Shown here one piece after another: positions 51,438 to 64,000 of a stretch of 64,000 bases of DNA (the first letter of the stretch is position 1; every line of letters starts with the position of its first letter). A program made the translations under genes and the position numbers. Location of the stretch: assembly GCF_001194135.2 (NCBI RefSeq), contig NC_068981.1, positions 15,009,849 to 15,073,848 on the forward strand, in the 5' to 3' direction. The stretch comes from Octopus bimaculoides. Lineage: Eukaryota. A model generated the notes under the pieces. It saw only the letters and a program-made list of their open reading frames with translations, had not been told where the DNA came from and ran no database searches.

Positions 51438-53639
51438 NNNNNNNNNNNNNNNNNNNNNNNNNNNNNNNNNNNNNNNNNNNNNNNNNNNNNNNNNNNNNNN
51501 NNNNNNNNNNNNNNNNNNNNNNNNNNNNNNNNNNNNNNNNNNNNNNNNNNNNNNNNNNNNNNNNNNNNNNNNNNNNNNNNNNNNNNNNNNNNNNNNNNNN
51601 NNNNNNNNNNNNNNNNNNNNNNNNNNNNNNNNNNNNNNNNNNNNNNNNNNNNNNNNNNNNNNNNNNNNNNNNNNNNNNNNNNNNNNNNNNNNNNNNNNNN
51701 NNNNNNNNNNNNNNNNNNNNNNNNNNNNNNNNNNNNNNNNNNNNNNNNNNNNNNNNNNNNNNNNNNNNNNNNNNNNNNNNNNNNNNNNNNNNNNNNNNNN
51801 NNNNNNNNNNNNNNNNNNNNNNNNNNNNNNNNNNNNNNNNNNNNNNNNNNNNNNNNNNNNNNNNNNNNNNNNNNNNNNNNNNNNNTATATACATACGTAT
51901 GTATGAACGTATTTACGTATGTGTACGCGTGTATGCTAAGTGCAATAGCAGTTTGATTTAAAGAAATTTTCAGGAAATACCTTGTCTCACTTCTGTGAAC
52001 ATTACTAATCTTTCGATGCACGAACAAATAATTTAGTCCAACTTCTTCATATAGTTATGATGCAAATTCTGAACAGAAATGAATATTATTATCGTGTCCA
52101 GAGGTAGCAGAGATTTTTTTTTTACTTGTGTCTACTTTGATTAAAATCGCATTTCTGTTTAATTCCATCTGGCTGTACGTCTTTGGCATCGATTACTGAA
52201 TGATAATGACTTAAAGTAATTAGCGAGGGTGAAATATCGCGAAAGGTGTATGTCAATCTATTTAGCGTTAATGATTTTTAGAATTCGTTAGCTGAAAGTT
52301 ACACGCTAAATGTCTCTCATCATTACTCTGTTATTTAGGGAAGAAACCTGTTCAATGCTTTATAAAGAATATGTATATAATTGGAAATCACAATCGAAGC
52401 CAAATATATTCAATTAAGGAATTTCCTAACTTGAAGAAAATTTACAGATTAAATGGGAAGGAAGCCTGAGACTGGCAAGAATTAAGCAATGACCATATAT
52501 TATTTTGATTTTGAATCTCTTAATACCTTCTAATGTTACCTTGCAGCTCGTGTTAAGATAATCTGATAACAATCTATGCCTGGTAGTCGTAGAACAAAAC
52601 TGATCCTAAACTTGTAATTAGGAAAAAGTGTAAGACGAAATATCTAAAATGTGGGTAGATGGAAAGATAGGCAGAATAAGAATAGTACAAAAGAAAAAAA
52701 GCTTAAATGTAGTGAGCAGGATGATGGGTTTTAAATCAATTTAGAAGACGCATTGGACTCTGGGTCGATAGGTAACACAATAACGAAACGTTATAAAGAA
52801 CTTGACCTTTGGACTTTATAATCGATAAATGTCTAAAACAGAGCCAACAGAGCCAACAGAGAATAAGCTCAGTTCGAAGTTGAAGTATTTACATTTATCT
52901 ATAGTGAACTGATTTTTTTTTTGTTTTTTGTTTTTGCAGCAGATGGAAAAGACACAGCAATTATTACATAGTAGTGGTTCATTTCATAGCTATCGTAACA
53001 GAATACAGAAGGAACAACATACAGTGTTACAGTTGGCAACGGTGCCACATTATTATTATTTTTTTTATCTTAATAGAAATGGAACGTAATGAAACTGTAT
53101 TATTAATCTAACTACGAAAGTTATCATATATAATTATAGTCTTACTGATTATGAATAAATTATACATATCTAACTTACATAAATAAGTAATGACACGTTA
53201 TAATTGTAAAGTCTTTAATTGTTAAGCTTTACGCTCTTTAATTATAGGGATACACACGTCATGTCTTACGGCAGTATGGCTTATACTAGCATCGTTGTTA
53301 GCGTGGCATTAGGATCTGTATCTATACATATGTGGCTGTCAGTGTGCGTGTGTCTATGAGTATATATATATATGTCTGTGTGTGTGTGTGTGTGTGTGTG
53401 TGGTGGAGTAGGCCTGTGTGGAAGTGGGGGTATACTAGTGAGTGCTGTGTATGTTAGTATGTTGCATGCAATGTTTATATAACCGGACAAATTTGGCAGT
53501 ATACTATGTAATCGGCGAGCAGCTGTGTGAAATTCTCTATCAGAAGAAATTAAAACAAAAGCGAGTAAACGAGATCAATGAAATTTATGAAATAAATAGG
53601 ACAATAACAGTGCTATTAGGTGATATTTATGCGCAAGTA

Positions 53640-53858
53640 GGGCTGTGGATTGGCGGAATCCTTTACATGCCGGGGAAAAAACATTTCTCAGCATTTCGTC
53701 CGTCTTTACGTTCTGAGTACCAATTCCGCCGAGGTCGACATAGACTTTCATTCTTACGGGGTCGATAAAATAAGTACCAGTTGATGACTGGAGCTGATGA
53801 AACCGACTTACTCACTTCCTTGAAATTGCTGGTCTTGTGCCAAACATTTAAACCAATA
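53640..53858 (+). mobile_element. SINE family B, full copy
   Basis: GCATTTCGTCCGTCTTTACGTTCTGAGTACCAATTCCGCCGAGGTCGAC...GGGGTCGATAAAATAAGTACCAG...GAAATTGCTGGTCTTGTGCCAAA; matches other family B copies. Confidence 0.8.
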
Positions 53859-56800
53859 CTTATATACAAGTGTATCCGAGAAATGCGAATGCTCGAAAAT
53901 GCCATTTTATTTATTTTTATTAGAGATGTAAGGTTTCTATTAATATTTGAAAATAATTGAAAAATAAATAAATACAATCAATTCAGGAAAACAAAAAATG
54001 CAATTCATAACAGTTACACAATGATGGTCTGAGGCCTCGAACGTCCGAAGCATGAGAAAAAAGTGGCAAATTTCACCAAGACGGAAAAGACCACAATGTA
54101 AAAGCTGGTAAAATTCGTAGAGAAATCGAAACTGTGATGAAAGGATGGAAAAGGAAATGTAACACACGTGGTGTAGATTGGAAACGGCGGAGGGAGAAAC
54201 TTTGTCTTTTCTTGTGGGAGAAGAATGGTCATATAAAATGGTCGTATAAAAGACAGAAAACCAACCAACCTATTACAGTTTGTTAAAATATGTCATACCG
54301 GCCATGATGAAATAGCACAAGGTATAGAAAATACGTATTCGCCTTTATATATTTAATCCTTTATACGGAACACTCAATATTTCATCTATTCAATAAGACA
54401 TATTCCATATATTCAATAAGACATTCAATACTTTATTTCATTGTACCAGCCATTTTTATTTTATATTATATATAGTATATTATATTATATATTGTATATT
54501 CCATATTCTATATCCCACATTGGTTTTGCAGGAATATAAATAAAACATAAAAAACAGACAGTGTTGGAACTCTTTTAAACAAAATAATATATTCCTCTAT
54601 ACACAATCATACAAAACCCTTTTTTTTGTATTTATTTTTACTCGCATATANNNNNNNNNNNNNNNNNNNNNNNNNNNNNNNNNNTATATATAATTTGTTC
54701 ATCAATATCGATATGTCAGTGCTTGTGTATGAGTGCTAAATATTTATTACAGATATTTAATTGAAAGAAGTTTTGAATGCAAGCACATTGTTTTGAGGCT
54801 AGTGTTTCAGGGAAAAATAGGAAGGCAGTCTCATGAGGGACCGGTTCATTGGTAGTTGAACTTTCCAATCATAATAACGCCGATGACTGGAAATATTATT
54901 GGTAGCATACCAAGTAATTCTGCACGAACTGATCCAGCAACAAAATATTACTTATCTTATTATATATCATTTGCATTCTATCTACTATTAACTACTGATG
55001 ATATTATGACGGCAGTTATTTTATGGGTCTTTATATAAAATTGCAACTAGTAGTAAATTCATTTTCAGCATTGAACCCGGCATAATTACATGAGGTAATA
55101 TATCTGGTAATGATAACTTCATTTTGGATATAAAATACCTTTAACGATATGAGACTAATACATTGTACTTCTGAAGATTTCGACATATCGGCCCTGAAGG
55201 GATTGATACAAAATTCGCATTCATTCACTTGGTTTAGTTGCGATACAGACATACATTATTCATTATCATCCATAGTGGAAATATATGATTGAACAGTGGA
55301 TCAATAGGTTGGATTCAGATACAATTGGGCAATTAGACCTGGTGCAATATCTTTTATAATTTATTCTTTCCTCACATATATCGGTCATTCTGCTGTAAAT
55401 TGGCAAACAATACATCAATCTGAATTCGATTAGAACTCATTTATTTTCTCTTGCAAGTTTTCTCTTCCTTCTATCTCCTTTCCCTCACCTCTCATTCTAA
55501 AAACACGTAGATGTGTGCATATGCGTAATAAAGAGACTCTTAGTCTCTATCACTTTCATTACCTCCCTATATCTTTTTCTCTCAGTTTCTCGTTCTACGT
55601 CTCCCAGTTTTTGTGCCTATTCAGCACTACGAATTAGGTCAGTACATTTTACAACTAAGCATTCGGCACGTGTAATTGTCCTTAACACACGCACACAAAG
55701 AAAAAAAACACGTTTGTTGTACCAACAAAGATGCTTTTATAAACTGTAATTGATGTAGCCTTTGCAGGTGACAATATGAATGAATCCCAAAATGCATTTA
55801 TTTTGAAACTAACGCACGAAAGTAACTCTAAATAAACTAAACTGCTGCAATATAGAGACTGTACAAGGCGAAGAAGTAGAAACACAATTGAGTTGGGGAA
55901 AGTTATTGAAAGCATATTTAAAGACTAATGCGCTAAGAGTGGTAGAAAGTGGTAAGATTTGAGGGACGAGGCAAGTGGATATGGGTTTAAAGCAAATTTA
56001 GTAAGTGAAAGTACAAAGTAATTCCCAACGCAAATGAAAAATGGTTTCTGAAGGGGAAGAGATGTAATAAATGGAAAATTAGTGAATGTGTGAAACCCTG
56101 TAATATATGACGTACAACGAGTACTTTGCTGAAAGGGTGAAACTGTGTGTGGGTAAGAGTTCTGTGAGCATAAGTCAATTTTGAGTAACTCGAAAAAGTT
56201 GACTGATTCAGAAGTGGAGGAAAAACGAAGTGCATTTCTGATCTGATTTGCGAGAAAAGTAATGTTTAAAAGTTCGAAAAATTATTGGCATAAAGAACGG
56301 ACAGACGGTTATTTCCAAATATAAGAATGTAAAAACTTACGAGCGACTGATACTGAAGACAAGATTTGAAGTAACAATTATTTAAAGAAAGATTAGGTGT
56401 TCATTAGAGTGGTAGAGGCGTTCAACTTGTGAATAATGTCGACAAGTGAATATTAATGCCTGGACAGTTAAAATCCTACAGATTATACATAGTTGTCATT
56501 TCTTCTGCATTGATATTTACTTAACTCACCTCATACGTTAATACCAATGGGGAGCACATTAGAAAGTGCTTTCTTTTTCAAGTACAAGCAACATTCTCCA
56601 TTCATAATAGAATCGCTTGCAAGATCTTTCGGGATGTGGTTGTCCTACGCCACGCTGCTACGTAAATTTAAAAGCAATTATAATATTGCCATATATCATT
56701 TGTAGAAAATGATATCAATCAAGAAGAGAGATCACATAATGGAATGGAACATGGTTCAAATAGGAAGGAAAATAATATGTATATACTGTAGATTTATAAT

Positions 56801-57361
56801 AATCTAAAGAAGTTGAAGAATTTTGTAGATGATTACAAAGTTATTGCCTACAGAGTTTGCCAACGTCGTTGATAATGGAAATTACAGAACACATATATAT
56901 GTCTTTATATATGTATCTATGTATGTAAACTATATATTGCCATAAGTTCCGCGACTCTGATAATACAGTGATCCGAGTTGCTTAAGTTATCAAGGATCGC
57001 TGTGCAAGTTCATCAGACTCTGGTAATACGGAACCATAAAACGTACAGTATCTTGTATTTAAATTAGCTAAGTTAATATTAATATTTTCTATTTACAAAG
57101 TTAATATTTTCTATTTTCAAAACAAATTAAAATGCTCTTAGATTACTTTTAGCAAATCTATCAAAAGTTATGTTCTCATTGATTGTTAACAACTTCTTGA
57201 AATATATGAAACTGGGGGATAAAAGTACGCTGTAAAATACACTGATCTATGACATTATTTTTCCTCATTGGTAGTTCAACTCCTTGAAATTCTACATTAA
57301 ATTGATGCATCAAAATAGAAACGACAGCCGCAGAATACCGATTTTGCATTTGGCAAAGAAG

Positions 57362-57364
<3 letters not shown>

Positions 57365-57433
<69 letters not shown>
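57365..57433. repeat. (CT)n microsatellite
   Basis: Directly visible; gives the RERE/LSLS ORF artefacts. Confidence 0.95.
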
Positions 57434-57436
<3 letters not shown>

Positions 57437-58718
57437 GTTTTCATTTTCAACTTTTGGTACGATGATTACAAAACTCCTGAATGAATTTTCTACCAATACA
57501 CTCCCAATACTTATTGCGTTTCTCCTCAAATGTAATTCCCAAAATCATCCCTCGTGAATCCTCTTTCGTTTTCAGTCCGATAAATGACCTCTCTGCAAAT
57601 TGCTTCCATAAAGCAATCACTACTATAGTTTAGATATAAATGGTATGACCTTCACAGGTTTTCTCAAACTTTCTAAGTAAGTGTAATTTATAATCATATA
57701 TTAGCAGTAAAGACTTATACTTAATAAGCTATTCTATCATAAATATCTACAATCTATTACCTGTTTGCCATGAGTAAGCTGAAATGGATTACATTTCCAT
57801 AGATTAGTTTCCCATGAATCCTACGTTTTGCCGATTCTACTCATTAACTGTTTCGAAAAGAGAAATGATTGATTACTGTGGAACGGTTTAAACAAAGGTA
57901 GCCAATGTTCAGATCGCTTTCAAATACTCATAAAGACAATGAAATCACTATTCATTTCATAAGCGTTCGGCGGGTGTATACGTTTATTCAGCTCAATATG
58001 TGTATACGTTGTAAAGTTGACATAAGTTCATTTATTTTTGTTAAAATTGAATTACTCTCTTTAATATCCTATTTCGAAATTCTGGAAGGTGACGCGTAAG
58101 GTGTATTAGTCCTTTCGTGAAATATAAATATAATTAAGAACTCTTATGCTTTTCTCCAGGCAAGTGGCAGACGAAATGAGCGGTTGAATGCTAGTTTAGA
58201 TACAATACATTCGAAAAGAGCATAAGTATATCCCCAATATATAAAAAACCAACAACATTTTCCAAAATGTCAAGCGGCGCTAAATAATAGTTTATGCGGA
58301 ATGTATTGCTATATTTAGGTTAACATCTAGAATTTAGAATTATTCCAACACAACAATCGTTGTACATCACTGTGTCAAGATATTGAAATGGTGAAGAATA
58401 AGTGTTGTTCATTTTGGCAGCTGACAAGTTTTTGTGTCCCAGAATTGAACAATTTATTGTAATGCGTATATAATTTTTCGGGTCATTCAGCTCTCCTTTG
58501 AAAATGAAAATGCTGGTATATCATTTACGTCTGTATCAAAATATGGCCTGAACAGAAATCAACATTTATAATGATACAATAATTCACTTGAGACATATCA
58601 ATATTTATTTTTATTGTAGTGTCTAGTAGATTGTAGATAATTCTGACATTCTTGAAGACTGCTTCATTTATAGATTAGCTTCTTGTACATTGTTTTTAGA
58701 AAAATAATTGAACAATAT

Positions 58719-58721
<3 letters not shown>

Positions 58722-58793
<72 letters not shown>

Positions 58794-58806
58794 GAAGAAA
58801 GAGAGA
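58722..58806. repeat. (GA)n microsatellite
   Basis: Directly visible. Confidence 0.95.
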
Positions 58807-59424
58807 ATCGTGATATTTCGTGTGATTAAGCATCTTATCAAAATAACAGACAGAATAAAATTAAATGGAATTGGTTAATACAAAAGTAACCAAAATATTT
58901 TCGAGCAGCCAGGGTTTAATATCCGCTTCAATTTCATCGTATCTGGCACTTATAATTCAGAAATGTTAGTAGAACGTTTTAGCAAATTTTTCACAAGATT
59001 GCTGTGATCAATTTAACTGTTATAATTGGTATGTTCTTGTGGTGTCGATATAATAAGAATGGTAAAATTTGAGGTCAGTAGCGTATTAGCAAATAAATAA
59101 ATAATTAAAAAAATATGAGTATAAAATAAAATCTTAAAAATTAATGTTATTTTCTTCAGATTTTGCAAAAAATCTAGACATGATAATATTTTCTAAAAGA
59201 AGTTGTATATGTTTTATAATTCTTCAACAAATTTTAAATGTAGTATCAAAACATAAGATTGGATTTTAATGGAAGTGAGGCGTAAATTAAGGCCTTGTAC
59301 TTCTATGAAAAGTTTTATTATGTATTCATAGAATTCTCTCTAGAAATGCCTTTTAGTAAATACCAGGATTATAACACAGACATGCATGCACGAAATTGCA
59401 GCTCCCCATGACATATACACACAC

Positions 59425-59505
<81 letters not shown>

Positions 59506-61434
59506 CTATATATATATATATATATAATCATACGCACATAAATACACGTGTGTACGTGTGTTTGCGAGTGTATTTGTGTGTGTGTACGTGTTTATGTGTG
59601 TGTGCATAAGTAGAGGCCGACTGAAAAAGATACCTACTTGGAAATTAAAACGCATGGTTCTTTTTATTGCATCATAGCAAGATTTTAGTGGCCATTTTTA
59701 CTTTATGAATTTGCCATAACTTACACGGTGACTACGGATGCACAGAGGTCTTGCAGTAAGTTCGTGTGAAAGTGCCAACGCGTTCTCCAAACTCTCACCT
59801 CAATGAATTTGTTTAGGAAGACCTCTAAGCACCGCGCACTAATTTCATCAGTGATTGAGGAATTTAAAGCTACCAGGGCAAAGAGAAATCAACAGAACGC
59901 TTCTGTCAGAGACTGATAGAGAGTCAGATATGCCAACATAACCATAAATCGTCGCAGGAGGTAAAATCCCCAGGAAGTTCAGGAGTTGTAACCTAGTGGA
60001 AGGACCAGAAGTTTGTTGGAGCGTTCAGTCAAAGAATGCTAGGTTTTGGTGATTACGCACTAACAAAGAGAAATAGGGGCAATAGTTGCAGCGGTCCAAG
60101 CATTCGAGTGTCCATTATTTTCAAAGGATTTCCGGCTTACTGCCCAGGGAAAATTTTCCCTTCTCGTACGTTCAATCTGTGACTTCTTGCCGTACCCAAG
60201 TAGAATTAACCTATGGGATAAAGAGGAAAACCCACGATTTTCTCCTTGAACCACATTTGATTTGATAAATGCTTTAGGATACTGGAAGAAGGTTCATACA
60301 AGAGAGGCAGGACAAGATTTTTATAGTATTCTGTAGAGGGTTAAGGCTAGGAAACAGCCACCATCACTGACGAAAGGTATCAAATTCTTAAGCGAAAGCG
60401 TCAAGGCTCATAGGATGTATGCAAAAGCGACAAACCCATTCTCAATTCTGCATTCAGCCTCAGATGGGGCGTTGCAAGTGGACTTACAAAATATATTTCT
60501 ATTCCTAGAGGTTGTAGCGGTACGTCGCGTCTACCAGACATGTTTTGTTTTCCATAAGTTCTAAAACAATATATATACATATATATATANNNNNNNNNNN
60601 NNNNNNNNNNNNNNNNNNNNNNNNNNNNNNNNNNNNNNNNNNNNNNNNNNNNNNNNNNNNNNNNNNNNNNNNNNNNNNNNNNNNNNNNNNNNNNNNNNNN
60701 NNNNNNNNNNNNNNNNNNNNNTATATATATATTATATATTTATATACAATTTCCCAGACATTTACACAATAATTCAGCGTTATAATAGTAGAAGTTTAAC
60801 AACATAGAAAAAATGAAATAACAATACATGTAATCATTATAAATAACGAACCCTATAATATGTTCAACCTTATGCGAATGAAAAACAATTCAGAATAGCG
60901 AGACCTGAGATTGACAGTCAACATACATATCCAACATTTGTTTCCATCATCAGCTACTCAACGGATATCACTACGGTCTGGATTCCTGGTATTACCACTC
61001 TGTCCACACGCGTCAACAATGTTTAAAACATACATGACGCTTAGCTTTCTACTGAGAAATAGGAGTAAAGCATTAACATAATATGTCATTTACGTCTACA
61101 CAGATTTCAACTGCGAAAATTTAAAAAATCGTATTAACTTAAGCTATGAAGCTAGAAATTAAAATGTAGTATCCATAGAGGATAGAACTATTTCTCCAAG
61201 ATAAGACAGTTTTTTTCTCAGATATAAAGAACAAAATACAGACAGCGAGCTTATCGTATTGAGGAAAATATCCTGAAACACTGATACATAACATAATCCA
61301 TACATATAGATTAGTTAACGAGTATAGACGAATTCATATGACAGTATGCCATCTAAAGCACATTCCAAACACGAAGACACACCAAACACGAACCGAATGT
61401 AAACACACGAAACAATATACTTTTTAACCAATAG

Positions 61435-61593
61435 ATAAGTGTGACTGCGAAGTAGGAAGTTTGCCTCCGAATCTCATCGTACCGGATTCAGCCCTATCCC
61501 GTGGTTAATTGGGCATGTATCTTCTACAATGCTTTCGAGCCGACTAAACCTTGCGAGTAGATTTTGAATACAGAAACAGAAAGTAAATCCACA

Positions 61594-61627
<34 letters not shown>

Positions 61628-61840
61628 TGTTTGTGTGCGGGTGGGTATGCCTACGAGTGTACGTTATTATGGCTGTGCTTGTCCACCAACACCGCTTGGC
61701 AACCAACACAGTCGTGTTTACGTCTGTTCGGCTAACGTGTCTGATAGAATAAGTACTGGGGTAGACCCGTTCGACTATGATTCTTCCAGTTGGTGCCCCT
61801 ACATGTGTACAGTTTAATGCCTGAAACAGTTGAAACATAG
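61435..61840 (+). mobile_element. SINE family A, old full-length copy
   Basis: Diverged head, internal (CA)/(TG) tract and tail (CACCAACACCGCTTGGCAACC...GATAGAATAAGTACTGGGGT...CTGAAACAG) colinear with 21897-22278. Confidence 0.7.
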
Positions 61841-62525
61841 CAGATAAATCATTCATAAATATGATTCGCAAGTGAATAATGGGTAGCATAGTTGATGTCA
61901 GAAGGGAATCATATTATTTGCCTCTATTTATACAATACAAATGAAGGCTTGTAAGTTTTTGACTTCCAAAAAAACAGCAAAGAGCAGAAAATATTGCATC
62001 TATATGCTTATTTCCGGTTATTTAATTTCAGTTCGCTCATACAACTAATATTAATCCTAATTGTAAAATAAACATGCAGATATACTGAAGGCAAATAGAG
62101 TAATAGAGAGTGTGTGGCACTTCGGCAAGTATTTCATGTATGAAAGTAAGTTCATCAGCATAGCATTGAACAAAAAAATCTTCGTAAATACACGCAACTG
62201 CACATATTATAGATTTAAAGTGTACATTTGTATAACAGTTCGGCAACAAAACACATTCTTTTCGATCGAATCGTCTATAGAATAAGGATGTCATAGATTT
62301 TCATTTGTGAGAATAAGATGAGCAAAACTTTTATACATAAAATAGGAAACATGAAAACCCGATGCGATAACACCCTCGAGGATATTTCCCTATTCCTCTG
62401 ATAACCTCCATTCTTATGGTTTCTATTTATCAATTTGCGTATGTTTCAACTCACCTTAGCTGGAAGGTATGAAAGCTGCATCTTTTCATTGCTAATACAA
62501 TGAAGCATTATATCTGAAAACAGAT

Positions 62526-62563
<38 letters not shown>

Positions 62564-62858
62564 ATATATATGTGTGTGTGTGTGCGCGCGTTTGGGTGTG
62601 TATGTGTGTGTGGAGGTGTGTGTGTATGTATATATACATATACATATACATATACATGCCAATATACATAAACGAATATACATGCATATATGAATGTATG
62701 TATATATACACGTATATATNNNNNNNNNNNNNNNNNNNNNNNNNNNNNNNNNNNNNNNNNNNNNNNNNNNNNNNNNNNNNNNNNNNNNNNNNNNNNNNNN
62801 NNNNNNNNNNNNNNNNNNNNNNNNNNNNNTATATATATATATATATATATATATATGC

Positions 62859-62893
<35 letters not shown>

Positions 62894-63850
62894 CATATAT
62901 ATGTACATATATCTATATTTATACGTATATATAAGCCCGTATTATAAAGATCTCATTTATACGTATGTATTCCTGCAGCAACATTAAAAGTTGATCTTGT
63001 GTAGAAGAAAGAGAAGAAAAAACAATCAAAACCCATAATACATTATATATATATATATTATATATATTATAATATCAAATGTATTTCATTATTTCGCTTA
63101 CAAGAAAAAGTATGAAGTACGTACGATATAACGGAACATGATAACATTGGTAACTTCAATGAATTCACTTAACAGCATATTTCCTTAAAATGCCATATTT
63201 GACTAACATAAATTGTTATGATTGCTATAACTGGTAGGCATAAGTAACAAGTACATTAAACACCGTCCTTTATGCCCTTGTAGATATTAATTTACATTAA
63301 AATAATGCTGTTTCATGGCTCCAAGCTAGATACACGTTGGAGCATTGCTCATCTGACTGCATTACTGCTACTACCGCCTCTGTTTCTTCAGTTACTATTG
63401 CATATACATACAACCAATTCTACATTCAAAAAATGTCATACAGCTGTTGAGCAGCTAGATAGTCGCCAACATTCCATAACCGTTATCTCGATCACACATT
63501 GCATCTCTCTGCGTACAACTCACGCGACTGGACACTCTGCAATGCTGAACAATTCAAATCTAAAGACGAACTTCAATAATTAAATAATTTGTAAGTTTAA
63601 TTACCAAGTGATTGAGACTCCTTTGTAGAGAAAACAACGTTGTTCAACTATGCTTAAAAAGAAAAATAAGAAATGAGTGTAAACACAAACAAACATGATT
63701 GAAGAAGGAAGTACAACCACTGAAGCCTATTAACGTGTATATCAAACTTTTCGTAACATGAATCCTACACTGTCTGTGTATTTTCAGCAAGAACGTCCAT
63801 TATCAATCTTAATCGAACTGTAAGACGCTTGACTTGCGCATTGTCATAGA

Positions 63851-64000
63851 AACCGCGGTTACAAATGCTACGGGAAAACAGTCAGCCACCTTCTATATAT
63901 GGATGACCTAAAATTATATGCTAAAAATGACAAAGAGCTAGAAACACTACTACAGACAGTACACGGCTTTACCAAGGAAATAGATATGAAATTCGGATTA
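63851..64000 (+). mobile_element. Non-LTR retrotransposon RT fragment, R4/Dong-like, runs off the window
   Basis: Open frame NRGYKCYGKTVSHLLYMDDLKLYAKNDKELETLLQTVHGFTKEIDMKFGL with the catalytic YMDD; SHLLYMDDLKLYA...MxFGL is typical of R4/Dong-type RTs. Appears 5'-truncated at ~63850. Confidence 0.88.

Larger units (their letters stand above)
5082..62829. other. About 18 assembly gaps (N runs), nearly all bordered by (TA)n/(CA)n/(TG)n
   Basis: N runs start at about 5082, 8242, 10574, 15477, 18237, 20206, 22036, 34185, 38750, 40824, 42881, 44632, 47027, 47458, 51438, 54651, 60590 and 62720; they explain all long X-containing ORFs. Confidence 0.98.

Noticed and set aside
54040-54250. KKVANFTKTEK..KLVKFVEK resembling a Myb/SANT-like (Harbinger-associated) domain
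   Set aside because: Multiple stops and only weak similarity by eye; needs an HMM search.
55930-60330. Faint LINE-like motifs at ~55930-56300(+), ~57180-57530(+), ~59900-60330(-) and a mariner-like start at ~59610
   Set aside because: Too degenerate to call without alignment; ORF 57176-57529(-) is held open by a (GA)n tract and is not a recognisable protein.
4971-62987. All long ORFs containing X runs or HT/CV/YI/LS/RE dipeptide repeats
   Set aside because: They are translations of N gaps and dinucleotide microsatellites, open in several frames at once.
1-64000. CRISPR array, operon or prokaryotic defence system
   Set aside because: No regularly spaced repeat-spacer units and no gene-dense regions; the only tandem array (44131-44226) has no unique spacers; the sequence is clearly eukaryotic repeat-rich DNA.

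Overview
AT-rich eukaryotic draft-assembly DNA with about 18 N-gaps (roughly 4.8 kb), almost all flanked by (TA)n/(CA)n microsatellites. The SINE families, microsatellite density and gap pattern suggest an octopod cephalopod (Octopus-like); this is inference from recognition, not a search. I could not support any host protein-coding gene: most ORFs in the track are microsatellite or gap artefacts, so the window looks intronic or intergenic. It is a mosaic of decayed mobile elements: at least four tRNA-derived SINE families (A-D, my labels), a 1.4-kb CR1-type LINE 3' half, an R4/Dong-like RT fragment at the right edge, three Penelope-like element (PLE) coding remnants, mariner relics, a hAT-type MITE and a 440-bp fold-back element. 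The most interesting signals are: (i) three minimal type-I hammerhead-ribozyme motifs of PLE architecture in three unrelated short repeats, one apparently the tail of a tRNA-headed SINE; (ii) a 177-bp insertion copied from 5.3 kb away, flanked by a 78-bp direct duplication with microhomology at both junctions; (iii) two adjacent SINEs whose heads are flipped relative to their tails, explainable as micro-inversions between short inverted repeats. Coordinates of decayed repeats are approximate.
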